From an uncultured Spirochaetia bacterium (GTDB lineage: Bacteria > Oederibacteriota > PGYV01 > Palsa-1178), in NCBI GenBank assembly GCA_964565765.1, contig CAZMGF010000008.1, forward strand, positions 4,910 through 68,909: a stretch of DNA of 64,000 nucleotides, written 5' to 3'. The first letter of the stretch is position 1, and the number at the start of each line of letters is the position of its first letter. Both the position numbers and the translations under genes were made by a program. Shown here one piece after another: positions 45,234 to 54,849 of this stretch. Under the pieces are notes generated by a model, which worked only from the letters and a program-made list of their open reading frames with translations, was not told the origin of the DNA and ran no database searches.

Positions 45234-47549
45234 ATGCTGATTATGTCTGTCCTTATATTTTTTTGCGCCCCGGCTTCCATATTTGCCGATGATACCGTAA
45301 AAAACGATATTTTAAGGTCTCCCGGCGCAAGGGCCGCGGGTATGGGCGGCGCTTTTACCGCAGTAGCCGACGATTACTCCGCATTTTTCTGGAATCCTGC
45401 CGGACTTGTTCTTGACAATCACATATCAGCCACCCTGCTCTATGATTCCATATTTACGAACAAAGAAAACAACGGCGGTTTTAATTACACCCTTCCGGTT
45501 TATGACAATTACACCGCGGCTTTTTCATATATAAAATCCACATATGATTCATCCGGCTATGAGGATGACACCCTATATTTTACCGGCGCGGCATGGCTTG
45601 ACGATGAAAAAAAATACGCCCTGGGCGGCAGCTTCAAGTTTATGAACACCAGCATTTCAAATTATAATGTCTACGGCAGGACCGGAAGCTTTGACCTGGG
45701 AGTAATGGTGTTTCCGGACATGCTGGAGAAAAAAATACGCTTTGGTTTTCTTGCGCAGGACCTGAACGCGGTTATGATGTGGAACAACGGCATCAATCAG
45801 AATATACCCTACCTTTTTAAAATGGGCTCAAGCTACACATTCGACCAGACGGCGGTTGTGGATATGGACATAAACCTGCTCCAGAGCGAAGCCAGCAGGT
45901 ATTACAGCAGAATGGGGCTCAATATAGGCGGAGAAAAATGGTTTATGAACAGGATTGTCGGCAACTTCGGTCTCAGGGCCGGATTTGCCTGGAGCGAGGC
46001 CTTTAATCCCGACTATAATTTTACCTTCGGCATGTCATACAGCAGGGAGGATTTTGAATTTGATTACACTTACGCCCCAGGAGTTGAAAGCCTGGGGGAA
46101 ACGCACAAGCTGAGTTTTACATACTATTTTGGTTCCAGGGAATCGCTTAAACAGGCGGAGCAGGTTACTTCAACGGCTCTGGAGACGGCGCAAAAATCCG
46201 TTACAATATCGGCTGCCGCTGATATGGCCCTTGTTGTGGAAAAATTCAAAAACATGGATATGTCAATTACTTCAAAATATTTTTCTCCGAATAATGACGG
46301 CGTTATGGACAGTGTTGATTATATTTTAAGAAACAACCCTCCTGACTCTAAAGGCATAGACTGGTCATTTACGGTTGCCAACTCCAAAGGAGAATCAATC
46401 AGGAATTTAAAGGGGACAGGCGCGCTGCCTGCTTTCTTTACCTGGCACGGCGACAACAACGACGGAATAACCCAGGCTGACGGGGATTATACCGCCACCC
46501 TTTCAGTGAATTACTCCGGCGCTGAAATATGGAAAAAATCAAGGGTGGTGACGCTCGATAACACCGCGCCGGCGTTTGATATGACGGTCTCGCCCAAGGT
46601 TTTTGCACCTTCAAAGAACAGCTCGGTCAAGGAGCTTTCAATCGACCTTAAGACAAAAGCCGAGGATATAAAATCCTGGCAGCTGGTAATTGTGGACGAC
46701 CAGAAACATTCAATCAGGAAAATGTCGGGCGACGGTTTTACCGCCAAGCTTTCATGGGGAGGCAAAGACGCGCTGGACAACCCAGTAAAGGACGGCAAGT
46801 ACTCCGCGGATATGACCATGTATGATTACGCGGGCAACAATTATTTTGTATCAGAGCCTTTCACCGTTGACACCAGGGTAGCTGAGATAAAGATAAAGGC
46901 GGATCCGAAAGCATTCGTTCCGGCAAAGGGAAAAACGTCATTTACGGTTGATTTCTCGGAGCCCCAGCTTGTAAAGTCATTTGATTTTGAGATACTGGGA
47001 GCGGATAAGAAACCGTTAAAAGTCTTTGCCGGCAGGACCGCGGCTTCAAAAAAGATTGTATGGGACACAGGCGGCGAAAAACCATCGCCGGTAAGGCAGG
47101 GGGCCGCGTTCACATACAGGGTAACAGTTCAGCAGAAGAACGGTATGAAAAACACGGAAGAAGGAATAATACAGACCGCGCTGCCTGAATTCAAGGACGC
47201 GGGTATTGAACTTACTCTGGCGGCCATTGATTTTGCCGCGGGAGATTCAACCGTGCCCGCTGACGAGAACAGCAGCTTAAACCAGGCCACTGAAGCGGTG
47301 AAAAAATACGCCAAAGAATATTATCTTTATGTAAAGGGATATTCCACCGATGCCGGAGGTCCGGATGCTGATATTAAATTATCAATCGCGCGCGCTGAAG
47401 CGGTCCGCGATTATCTGGTGGAGGCCGGCGTGCCGGAATCCAACATTTACGTGGCAGGTTACGGCGACTGCACCTATGGCGGAAACCTTTCAAAAGCAGA
47501 GCTTGCAAAGGCCGGAAAAAGGGTCGAAGTGGAACTGCTGACGAAGTAG
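45234..47549 (+). CDS. OmpA-family outer-membrane protein: FadL/PorV-like beta-barrel, FlgD-Ig-like domains, C-terminal OmpA domain (paralog of 7291..9255)
   Basis: Signal peptide MLIMSVLIFFCAPASIFA begins at ATG 45234 (SD aggga); the tracked start 45150 is upstream. AAGMGGAFTAVADDYSAFFWNPAGL barrel motif. FSPNNDGVMDSVDY (FlgD-Ig). C-terminal ...LYVKGYSTDAGG...LSIARAEAVRDYLVEAGV...RVEVEL (OmpA_C). Confidence 0.7.
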   Translation: MLIMSVLIFFCAPASIFADDTVKNDILRSPGARAAGMGGAFTAVADDYSAFFWNPAGLVLDNHISATLLYDSIFTNKENNGGFNYTLPVYDNYTAAFSYIKSTYDSSGYEDDTLYFTGAAWLDDEKKYALGGSFKFMNTSISNYNVYGRTGSFDLGVMVFPDMLEKKIRFGFLAQDLNAVMMWNNGINQNIPYLFKMGSSYTFDQTAVVDMDINLLQSEASRYYSRMGLNIGGEKWFMNRIVGNFGLRAGFAWSEAFNPDYNFTFGMSYSREDFEFDYTYAPGVESLGETHKLSFTYYFGSRESLKQAEQVTSTALETAQKSVTISAAADMALVVEKFKNMDMSITSKYFSPNNDGVMDSVDYILRNNPPDSKGIDWSFTVANSKGESIRNLKGTGALPAFFTWHGDNNDGITQADGDYTATLSVNYSGAEIWKKSRVVTLDNTAPAFDMTVSPKVFAPSKNSSVKELSIDLKTKAEDIKSWQLVIVDDQKHSIRKMSGDGFTAKLSWGGKDALDNPVKDGKYSADMTMYDYAGNNYFVSEPFTVDTRVAEIKIKADPKAFVPAKGKTSFTVDFSEPQLVKSFDFEILGADKKPLKVFAGRTAASKKIVWDTGGEKPSPVRQGAAFTYRVTVQQKNGMKNTEEGIIQTALPEFKDAGIELTLAAIDFAAGDSTVPADENSSLNQATEAVKKYAKEYYLYVKGYSTDAGGPDADIKLSIARAEAVRDYLVEAGVPESNIYVAGYGDCTYGGNLSKAELAKAGKRVEVELLTK

Positions 47550-47636
47550 CCCAAAAAGCCGTTGATTTTAATATGGCACAATATTATAATTAAAGCAAAG
47601 AAACCCGCAATTTGAGGGGTTAAAGGAGCCTGAAAC

Positions 47637-49160
47637 TTGGATGGAGAAGAAAAGAAGCTTTATATAAAGCTTGCTTATGGATATTACCAGAATAAGGAAT
47701 ACAAAAAGGCCCTTGACCTCTATGAGAAAATATACAAGGCCGACACAGAAGATTTTAACGTTTTGAATATGCTCGCGGACACCTATGTAAAACTTAACAT
47801 AAAGGACAAGGCCATTGAGGCCTATGTTTCCACGATATCCATTCTTGAACGCAAGGATCAGCATGAAAAAGTGATAAAACTCTGCAAGAAAGCCGCAAAA
47901 GTTTTTCCTGACGACCAGCGTGTAAAATCGAAACTGAAAAATTCCATCAGGGTGATGATAAATGAAGCTGAAAGAAGGACAACGGCCCATGAGTACGCCG
48001 AGGCCCGTTTAATATATGAAAATCTGGCCGAATTTAACAGCGATGAATATCCGATCAATGTGAAAATTAAGGAATTAAACGACGAGGAAGCGGCCTATAC
48101 CGCAAGGTCAAAAAGGCAGGAAGAGTCAAAAAGAGCCGAGGCTCCCCAGGATTCACAGAAGGACCTGATATCCAAATTTGACAGGATGGCGCAGAATTAT
48201 ATTTTAAACGGCGACTTCGACGGCGCGGTTGAAACTTATATAACGGCCCTGAAGCTGGCTCCGGGAAACGAGGACCTGCGCGCAAAGCTGCATAAAGTTT
48301 ACCTGACAATTGCCCAGGAGTCACAGGGCGAGAAAGTATGGGAAAAGCTTGATAAAAATCCAAGGGATAAAATGGAAGAGGCAAAGCGTAAGGCAATGGA
48401 GGAGCGGCAGGCGCAGATAATGAAAGAAGAAGAGGAACGCGCCAGAAAAATGCTGGAAGAAGAGGCAAAGCTGCAGTCCGAATATGAGGCGCAGGAACTG
48501 GCCATTATACAGGCCGCGGCAGACGAGTTAAAGCACAAGCTTGAAGAGGCGCAAAAGACGGAGAAGCTTAAGGAAGAGGAGATACAGAGGATAACACGGG
48601 AGCAGGAAGAGAAAAAACGGGAGCTCCTTGAGAAATTAAAAAAGGAAGCCGTTGAAAAGTTCAACAGGCAGAAGGAAGCCATCAGGGCGCAGGTTGCCTC
48701 AGCGCAGCAGGAAAACAAACCTGAGACGGCCGGCGATGAAAAGATTTTTGCCCCGAGGCAGGTTTCCACAGCCGACCTTATGGATAACCTGAAAAAAGCC
48801 TACGAAACCCCGAAAGTCGGCTTCCAGGAGCCTGAAGCTGAAAAGATAAGGCAGGAAATTCAGGAAAAGGCAAAGGATATCCCCCAGGCAAAGGCACCTG
48901 AAGAAGCCGCAAAAAAGGAAGCCGTGGAAGACAAAAAGGAAGAAACCGCCGGCGGCGTGGAAAATCCGGCGCATCATATTGAAGAGATACTGGTCAACGA
49001 CGAGACCCTTGATTCACTAATCACCATGTCGTACATATATATAAACCAGGGGGTTTATAAGGAAGCAATGCGTATTTATAACAAGCTTTCTGAAAAATAC
49101 AACGACAACAGGGAAGTAAAGGGGATACTTGAAGAGATAACCAAAAGGCAAGGTTCCTGA
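47637..49160 (+). CDS. TPR-repeat protein with a central highly charged (E/K/R-rich) coiled-coil region
   Basis: N-terminal TPR-like helices (YGYYQNKEYKKALDLYEKIYKAD...). A central ~150 aa are EEEERARKMLEEEAKLQSEYEAQELA.... The C-terminus is TPR-like. TTG start with SD taaaggag. Confidence 0.55.
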   Translation: MDGEEKKLYIKLAYGYYQNKEYKKALDLYEKIYKADTEDFNVLNMLADTYVKLNIKDKAIEAYVSTISILERKDQHEKVIKLCKKAAKVFPDDQRVKSKLKNSIRVMINEAERRTTAHEYAEARLIYENLAEFNSDEYPINVKIKELNDEEAAYTARSKRQEESKRAEAPQDSQKDLISKFDRMAQNYILNGDFDGAVETYITALKLAPGNEDLRAKLHKVYLTIAQESQGEKVWEKLDKNPRDKMEEAKRKAMEERQAQIMKEEEERARKMLEEEAKLQSEYEAQELAIIQAAADELKHKLEEAQKTEKLKEEEIQRITREQEEKKRELLEKLKKEAVEKFNRQKEAIRAQVASAQQENKPETAGDEKIFAPRQVSTADLMDNLKKAYETPKVGFQEPEAEKIRQEIQEKAKDIPQAKAPEEAAKKEAVEDKKEETAGGVENPAHHIEEILVNDETLDSLITMSYIYINQGVYKEAMRIYNKLSEKYNDNREVKGILEEITKRQGS

Positions 49161-49219
49161 AAAAATCCTCCGAAAAAATCCAGCCTTAAGCTGACCAAAA
49201 AAAGCAATACGGGGTAATT

Positions 49220-51223
49220 ATGGACAAGTTCATGTTAAATACCAAATACAAGCCTGCCGGCGACCAGCCCGGCGCCATTGAAAAACTTGCCGGAAAAATA
49301 AAGACCGGCGAGAGATTCCAGACACTTCTCGGGGTCACCGGATCCGGAAAAACATTCACAATGGCAAAGGTGATTGAGAAATTAAACAGGCCGGCGATAG
49401 TTATATCACACAACAAGACGCTTGCCGCTCAGCTTTATATGGAGTTTAAGGAGTTTTTTCCTGAAAACGCCGTGGAATATTTTGTTTCATATTATGATTA
49501 TTACCAGCCGGAAGCATACATTCCACACAGGGACCTGTATATAGAAAAGGATTCCGCAATTAATGACGAACTTGAGAGGCTGCGCCTTTCGGCCACACAC
49601 AAGCTTTTAACGCGCAGGGATGTGGTCATTGTGGCCTCGGTTTCATGCATTTACGGCGTGGGGTCGCCGGAATACACAAAGCAGATGAGGCTTTACGCCG
49701 AGGCGGGGGACACGCTTTCAATCAATGAACTTTCGGCAAGGCTGACTTCGCTGCAGTATACGCGCAATGAATTTGAGTTCACACAGGGGATTTTCAGGGT
49801 AAAAGGGGACATTGTCGAGGTTTTCCCGGCATATTCCGTTACTGCCTTAAGGCTCGAATTTTTCGGCGACACCCTTGAAAAAATATCCGAAATAGACCCG
49901 GTTTCAAAAAACACCATCGCAGTTATGAAAAAAACAGCCATATACCCGGCAACGCACTATGTTATGCCGGAAGAGATGCTGAAAAAAGGGATAGAAAATA
50001 TAAAAGCCGAGCTTGAACTGAGGCTGAAGGAACTGGACGGAAAAACCGTTGAGTACGAAAGGCTGAAAACAAGGACAAATTACGACATCGAGATGCTTGA
50101 AGAAATGGGATACTGCAAGGGCATAGAGAATTACTCAAGGATAATGGAAGGCAGGAAACCCGGTTCTCCGCCGTATACCCTGCTTGATTACTTCCCCGAA
50201 GATTACCTGATGTTCATAGATGAATCACACGTCACCATACCGCAGTTCCACGGCATGTTCGCAGGGGATTATTCAAGAAAAAAAAACCTGGTGGACTACG
50301 GCTTCAGGCTGCCGGCGGCTTTTGACAACAGGCCTTTAAAATTTGAAGAATTTGAAAAAAAAATCCGGCAGGTTGTTTTTGTATCCGCAACGCCGGAAGA
50401 TTATGAACTTGAAAAAAGCGGAGTTGAAAACATTTCCGAGCAGATAGTCAGGCCCACAGGGCTGGTGGATCCTGAAATAACAATAAGAAAAACAGCCGGC
50501 CAGGTGGACGACCTGATGGCGGAGATAAAAAAGCGCGCTGAAATAAACGAGCGTGTTCTTGTCACGGTGCTTACAAAAAAAATGGCGGAATCACTGACGG
50601 AATTTCTTAAGGAACGCGGAGTCAAATGCCGCTACCTGCACTCGGACATCGACACCCTGGAGCGTATACAGATAATACGCGAACTGCGTGAGGGGAAATT
50701 TACAGCGCTCATCGGGATCAATCTTTTAAGGGAAGGGCTTGATATTCCCGAAGTATCCCTTGTGGCAATCCTGGATGCCGACAAGGAGGGGTTCTTAAGG
50801 TCGGAGACTTCCCTTATCCAGACCGTCGGCAGGGCAGCCAGGCATATTAATGGGAGGGTAATAATGTACGCTGATGTCATCACAGGCTCCATGAAAAGGG
50901 CCATAGATGAAACCGGCAGGCGCAGGGAAAAGCAGGTCAAATACAACAGGGAAAACAACATCACGCCGAAATCAATACAAAAAGAGATAAAGCAGATAAT
51001 GGGCTCGGTTTATGAGATGGACTATTTTACAGTGCCTCTATCCGGCGAGGAACAGGACTACCGCTATAAGGACGCCGCGGACCTTATACGCCAGCTTGAG
51101 GCGGACATGGTGAACGAGGCAAAGGCCCTTAATTTTGAAAAAGCCGCGAAGCTGCGCGACAAGATAGAGGATATTAAGGAAGGCGGCGTAAGAAAGCAGA
51201 AGAAAAAGAAGTATAAATTTTAG
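49220..51223 (+). CDS. uvrB: excinuclease ABC subunit B
   Basis: YKPAGDQPGAIEKL...QTLLGVTGSGKTFTMAKVIE..., helicase motifs, the beta-hairpin region, and the C-terminal UvrC-interaction domain. Confidence 0.95.
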   Translation: MDKFMLNTKYKPAGDQPGAIEKLAGKIKTGERFQTLLGVTGSGKTFTMAKVIEKLNRPAIVISHNKTLAAQLYMEFKEFFPENAVEYFVSYYDYYQPEAYIPHRDLYIEKDSAINDELERLRLSATHKLLTRRDVVIVASVSCIYGVGSPEYTKQMRLYAEAGDTLSINELSARLTSLQYTRNEFEFTQGIFRVKGDIVEVFPAYSVTALRLEFFGDTLEKISEIDPVSKNTIAVMKKTAIYPATHYVMPEEMLKKGIENIKAELELRLKELDGKTVEYERLKTRTNYDIEMLEEMGYCKGIENYSRIMEGRKPGSPPYTLLDYFPEDYLMFIDESHVTIPQFHGMFAGDYSRKKNLVDYGFRLPAAFDNRPLKFEEFEKKIRQVVFVSATPEDYELEKSGVENISEQIVRPTGLVDPEITIRKTAGQVDDLMAEIKKRAEINERVLVTVLTKKMAESLTEFLKERGVKCRYLHSDIDTLERIQIIRELREGKFTALIGINLLREGLDIPEVSLVAILDADKEGFLRSETSLIQTVGRAARHINGRVIMYADVITGSMKRAIDETGRRREKQVKYNRENNITPKSIQKEIKQIMGSVYEMDYFTVPLSGEEQDYRYKDAADLIRQLEADMVNEAKALNFEKAAKLRDKIEDIKEGGVRKQKKKKYKF

Positions 51224-51295
51224 GCAATTGTAAAGCCCCAATTAATAAGGTATAATTATTTTTTAAGGAAGAGACAACGCTGTAATAATGAAAAT

Positions 51296-51601
51296 ATGGA
51301 GGATATTATGAGCGCGCATACGGCATCAGGCGTACAAAAAAACGCCGCAATAAGGGAAAAAATGAAGTTTTCAGCCGGGCTGACTTCCATGGTCAACTCC
51401 TATGAAAAGAAAGCCATGCAGATAAAATGTTTTTTTAACGGCATTGAGACTTCAAAGGGCATAATGGGGCTCATGGTCGACCTGACAAATGTCAGGGATA
51501 TTTTCAACATCCGCATAGAAGTCACAGGAGCCGGCAGCCCGGAGCTCTGCGCCGTTGAGGCGGAAAAAGTCATGAAAGGGCTGGAAGAGTATTTCGCCTG
51601 A
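51296..51601 (+). CDS. small hypothetical protein (101 aa) between uvrB and uvrC
   Basis: Intact ORF with an ATG and the SD-like sequence aaaatatggaggat. No recognised motifs. Confidence 0.4.
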   Translation: MEDIMSAHTASGVQKNAAIREKMKFSAGLTSMVNSYEKKAMQIKCFFNGIETSKGIMGLMVDLTNVRDIFNIRIEVTGAGSPELCAVEAEKVMKGLEEYFA

Positions 51602-51641
51602 GAATTTTTATCAGTATGCAATTTAAGAGCAGGGAGAATTA

Positions 51642-53429
51642 ATGGATAAAGACAAGCTCTCCAGCCTTCCTGAAAAGCCGGGGGTTTATATTTACCGCGA
51701 CGGCGCCGGCAAAGTGATTTATATAGGCAAGGCAAAGGTCCTGAAAAACAGGGTCAGGTCCTATTTCGGGGAAGGAAAGAAGGACTTAAAGACAGAGCAG
51801 CTTTCTTCCCGCGTGGCGGATATAGATTTTATTGTTACAGGCAATGAACTTGAAGCTTTTATACTTGAAAACAACCTCATCAAGGAACACAAACCAAAAT
51901 ACAACATCCTGCTTAAGGACGACAAGTCTTATCCGTATATAATGCTTTCAATAAACGATGTTTATCCCGGAGTTTATATAACACGCGACACCAAAGACAG
52001 GTCAAAAATATACTTCGGGCCCTATTTTTCGGCTGACGCGAAAAAAGTGGCCGCACTGATTTACAGGATATTTAAAATAAGGCAGTGCACCCTCGACCTT
52101 TCCGGAAAACCGCCCGGGAGGCCATGTATATATTATGACACGGGTTTGTGTACGGCGCCATGTGTGAGGCTAATTGGCGCCGGAGAATATATGTCCGCGG
52201 CGCTCAAGGTCAAAGATTTTCTCTCCGGGGAATACGCGCCGGTAATTGCCCTGCTGCAGGGCGATATGGAAAGGTTATCGGCGGAAAAAAAATATGAAAA
52301 AGCCGCTGAAATCAGGGACGATATAAAATCTGTCGGGGAAATAATGAAGGAACAGAAAATGGTGATACAGGGGGAAAAGAACATGGATGTGGCCGGATAT
52401 ATTTACAGGAACGGAGCCTATTATTTTGGCGTCTTTAACATAAGGCGCGGCAGGCTCACCGGCAAAACAATCAATATTTTCAGGGAGATGCCCTTAAACG
52501 AAAACCCCCTTGAAATTTATCTTTCGCAGTATTATTCCAGGAACACATTAATGGCGGACGAGGTTATACTCCCATCCGGCGCGGTGGACGAGGAGATAAT
52601 ACAAAGGTATGTTTTCAAGGGCAAAAAAATAACAGTGACTTTTGAGGAACCGGGCGGGAAGCTCCTCGGGATGGTTGAAGAAAATCTCAGGGAAAAGGCG
52701 TCATCCGAGGAAAAATTTGAGAAGAAAAAAATGGATGTTAAGGGCGAATACCTGGCGCAGATGCAGGCGCTGAAGGAATCGCTGAACCTTGAATACATGC
52801 CCGAATGCGTGGAAGGCATCGACATTTCACACTCTTCGGGGGATAATATGGTCGGGTCGCTTGTGGTCTTTAAAAACGGCGAACCCGATAAAAAGAATTA
52901 CAGGCACTTTAACATCAAGACCGTGGGGCAGATAGACGATTATGCCTCAATAGACGAGGTTGTTGAAAGGCGCTATTCAAGGCTGAAGGCGGAAGGTGAA
53001 TATTTTCCCGATTTAATACTAATTGACGGCGGCACAGGCCAGGTAAACGCGGCAAAAGAGGCCCTGAACAGGGTAGGCGTGGATATTCTGCTCCTCGGGC
53101 TGGCAAAGGAGCGGGAAGAAGTATTCAAACCCGGAGGCGGAGAGCCCGTGGCTGTAAGCGAAAAGGGCAGGTTCCTGTTGATGAGGGTGCGCGATGAGGC
53201 CCACAGGTTCGCCAATTCATTCAGGAAAAAACTGGCAAACAGGGATCTTAAGGAGTCGATTTTTGATTCCATAAAGGGTGTCGGTGAAAAAACAAAATAC
53301 AGGATATACAATGAGTTTAAGGATTTTGAGGAGCTTGCCTCGGCAATAGAAAGCGGCGATGAAAGGGCCTCGTTCCTCGGAAAAAAACAGAGGGAATCGG
53401 TATTAAAGACAATTAAAGAAAGGAAATGA
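51642..53429 (+). CDS. uvrC: excinuclease ABC subunit C
   Basis: N-terminal GIY-YIG (PGVYIYRDGAGKVIYIGKAKVLKNRVRSYF), a UvrB-binding region, and C-terminal RNase H-like and HhH domains. Confidence 0.95.
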   Translation: MDKDKLSSLPEKPGVYIYRDGAGKVIYIGKAKVLKNRVRSYFGEGKKDLKTEQLSSRVADIDFIVTGNELEAFILENNLIKEHKPKYNILLKDDKSYPYIMLSINDVYPGVYITRDTKDRSKIYFGPYFSADAKKVAALIYRIFKIRQCTLDLSGKPPGRPCIYYDTGLCTAPCVRLIGAGEYMSAALKVKDFLSGEYAPVIALLQGDMERLSAEKKYEKAAEIRDDIKSVGEIMKEQKMVIQGEKNMDVAGYIYRNGAYYFGVFNIRRGRLTGKTINIFREMPLNENPLEIYLSQYYSRNTLMADEVILPSGAVDEEIIQRYVFKGKKITVTFEEPGGKLLGMVEENLREKASSEEKFEKKKMDVKGEYLAQMQALKESLNLEYMPECVEGIDISHSSGDNMVGSLVVFKNGEPDKKNYRHFNIKTVGQIDDYASIDEVVERRYSRLKAEGEYFPDLILIDGGTGQVNAAKEALNRVGVDILLLGLAKEREEVFKPGGGEPVAVSEKGRFLLMRVRDEAHRFANSFRKKLANRDLKESIFDSIKGVGEKTKYRIYNEFKDFEELASAIESGDERASFLGKKQRESVLKTIKERK

Positions 53430-53439
53430 AGCAGGCGAA

Positions 53440-54834
53440 ATGATAATTAAAACCATCAGGTCAAAAGTAGTGCTCTATTTTCTTGGAGCGTCCGCGCTTG
53501 TAATAGGGCTGTATGGCTTCATGACCTATGAGCTGCTCCGGGGGAACCTTGAATCCGAAATGGAAAACAGGCTCACCACCGCCGGAAAAATAATAGCGCA
53601 GGCAATTGACCCTGCGGATGTGAAATATATCGGGCTTAAGGGGAAAATATACCTTTCATACAGGGAGAAATTAAGGAAATTGAGGGAGATAACGGAAGTA
53701 CGGGATATTTTTATCCTTGGAGGGGACAGAAAAGTGCTGTTATCTTCCCTTGATGAAAATGAGAAGTTTTATATTAATCTGGACAGCTTCGAAATTGAAA
53801 AGGCTTTCAGGGGAGAGACTTCATCTTCACCGCTTTATCAGGGGGCGGGAAAGCTTTATTATAAGACCGGGTATGTTCCTGTCGGCAGCGCCGGAACGAT
53901 CGCGTGCGTTGTGGGAGTTGAGGCAAGCGTCAAATATACCAGATATTTAAGCCAGTACGGCTCTACGCTGGGGACAATGGGAATTATCAGCCTGGCCCTT
54001 GCCCTTGTGATGTCGATGCTGATTACCGGAGGAATTGCCTCAAGGATAAATCTGCTCAGGAAAAAGGCTGAAGAAATCGCCAGAAGGAATTTCTCGGAAA
54101 ATATAACCGTTGAGGGTGAGGAGGAAATATCGCTGCTTGCGGCAACGCTCGATTCCATGAAAAAAGAGCTGAAGGAGTATATAGAAGACCGGGAAAAAAT
54201 GGCGTCAGTCGGGGAATTCTCCGCGGGGGTGGCCCATGAAATAAGAAATTCCCTGGGCGCCATATCAGGATACGCCGAACTTATAAGGGAAAGGGAAAAA
54301 GACGAAAAAACAAAAAAATTCGCCGGGGATATTGTCTATAACTGCATGAAGATGAGCGAGTTTCTCAATAATTTTCTGACATACACAAAGGAATTTACTC
54401 CGGAATTTTCTCTTGTTAAAACGGCGGAATTGATAAGCGAAACAATTTCCGAGCTGCCTGAAGCGGCCGGAAAAGTTATAATTGACAGGTTTTCCGGTTC
54501 GGAGGCTTCGGCAAAATGCGACCCTTACCTTATAAAAAAGGCGCTTTATAATATAATAATAAACGGATATCAGGCGCTGGATAAACCGGATGGAAAGGTT
54601 GAGATATTTTTGACAGCCGAGGGAGACAGAAGCGTAATTGTAATAAAGGACAACGGGGCCGGCATGGGGCCGGAAGAGCTCTCCAGGATATTTCAGCCGT
54701 TTGTTACCGGAAAAAAAGAAGGCACCGGGCTGGGTCTGGCCATAGTTTATCGTATAATAAAAGAAATACATAAAGGCGAGATATACGCCGCAAGCGAGGC
54801 CGGCAAAGGGTCGGAATTCGCGGTAAAAATATGA
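53440..54834 (+). CDS. sensor histidine kinase (two TM helices, periplasmic sensor domain, HisKA, HATPase_c)
   Basis: TM1 at aa 10-30, a ~150-aa periplasmic domain, then TM2. H-box SVGEFSAGVAHEIRNSLGAI. N/G boxes ...NGYQAL...DNGAGM...GTGLGLAIV. Confidence 0.85.
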   Translation: MIIKTIRSKVVLYFLGASALVIGLYGFMTYELLRGNLESEMENRLTTAGKIIAQAIDPADVKYIGLKGKIYLSYREKLRKLREITEVRDIFILGGDRKVLLSSLDENEKFYINLDSFEIEKAFRGETSSSPLYQGAGKLYYKTGYVPVGSAGTIACVVGVEASVKYTRYLSQYGSTLGTMGIISLALALVMSMLITGGIASRINLLRKKAEEIARRNFSENITVEGEEEISLLAATLDSMKKELKEYIEDREKMASVGEFSAGVAHEIRNSLGAISGYAELIREREKDEKTKKFAGDIVYNCMKMSEFLNNFLTYTKEFTPEFSLVKTAELISETISELPEAAGKVIIDRFSGSEASAKCDPYLIKKALYNIIINGYQALDKPDGKVEIFLTAEGDRSVIVIKDNGAGMGPEELSRIFQPFVTGKKEGTGLGLAIVYRIIKEIHKGEIYAASEAGKGSEFAVKI

Positions 54835-54849
54835 GACGGGGATGGTAAA

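Noticed and set aside
48067-48977. Three overlapping minus-strand ORFs (133-156 aa) antisense to the TPR/coiled-coil gene
   Set aside because: Ser/Ala/Phe-rich low-complexity products, antisense to an E/K-rich coding region. The plus-strand ORF has TPR motifs and a coupled SD.
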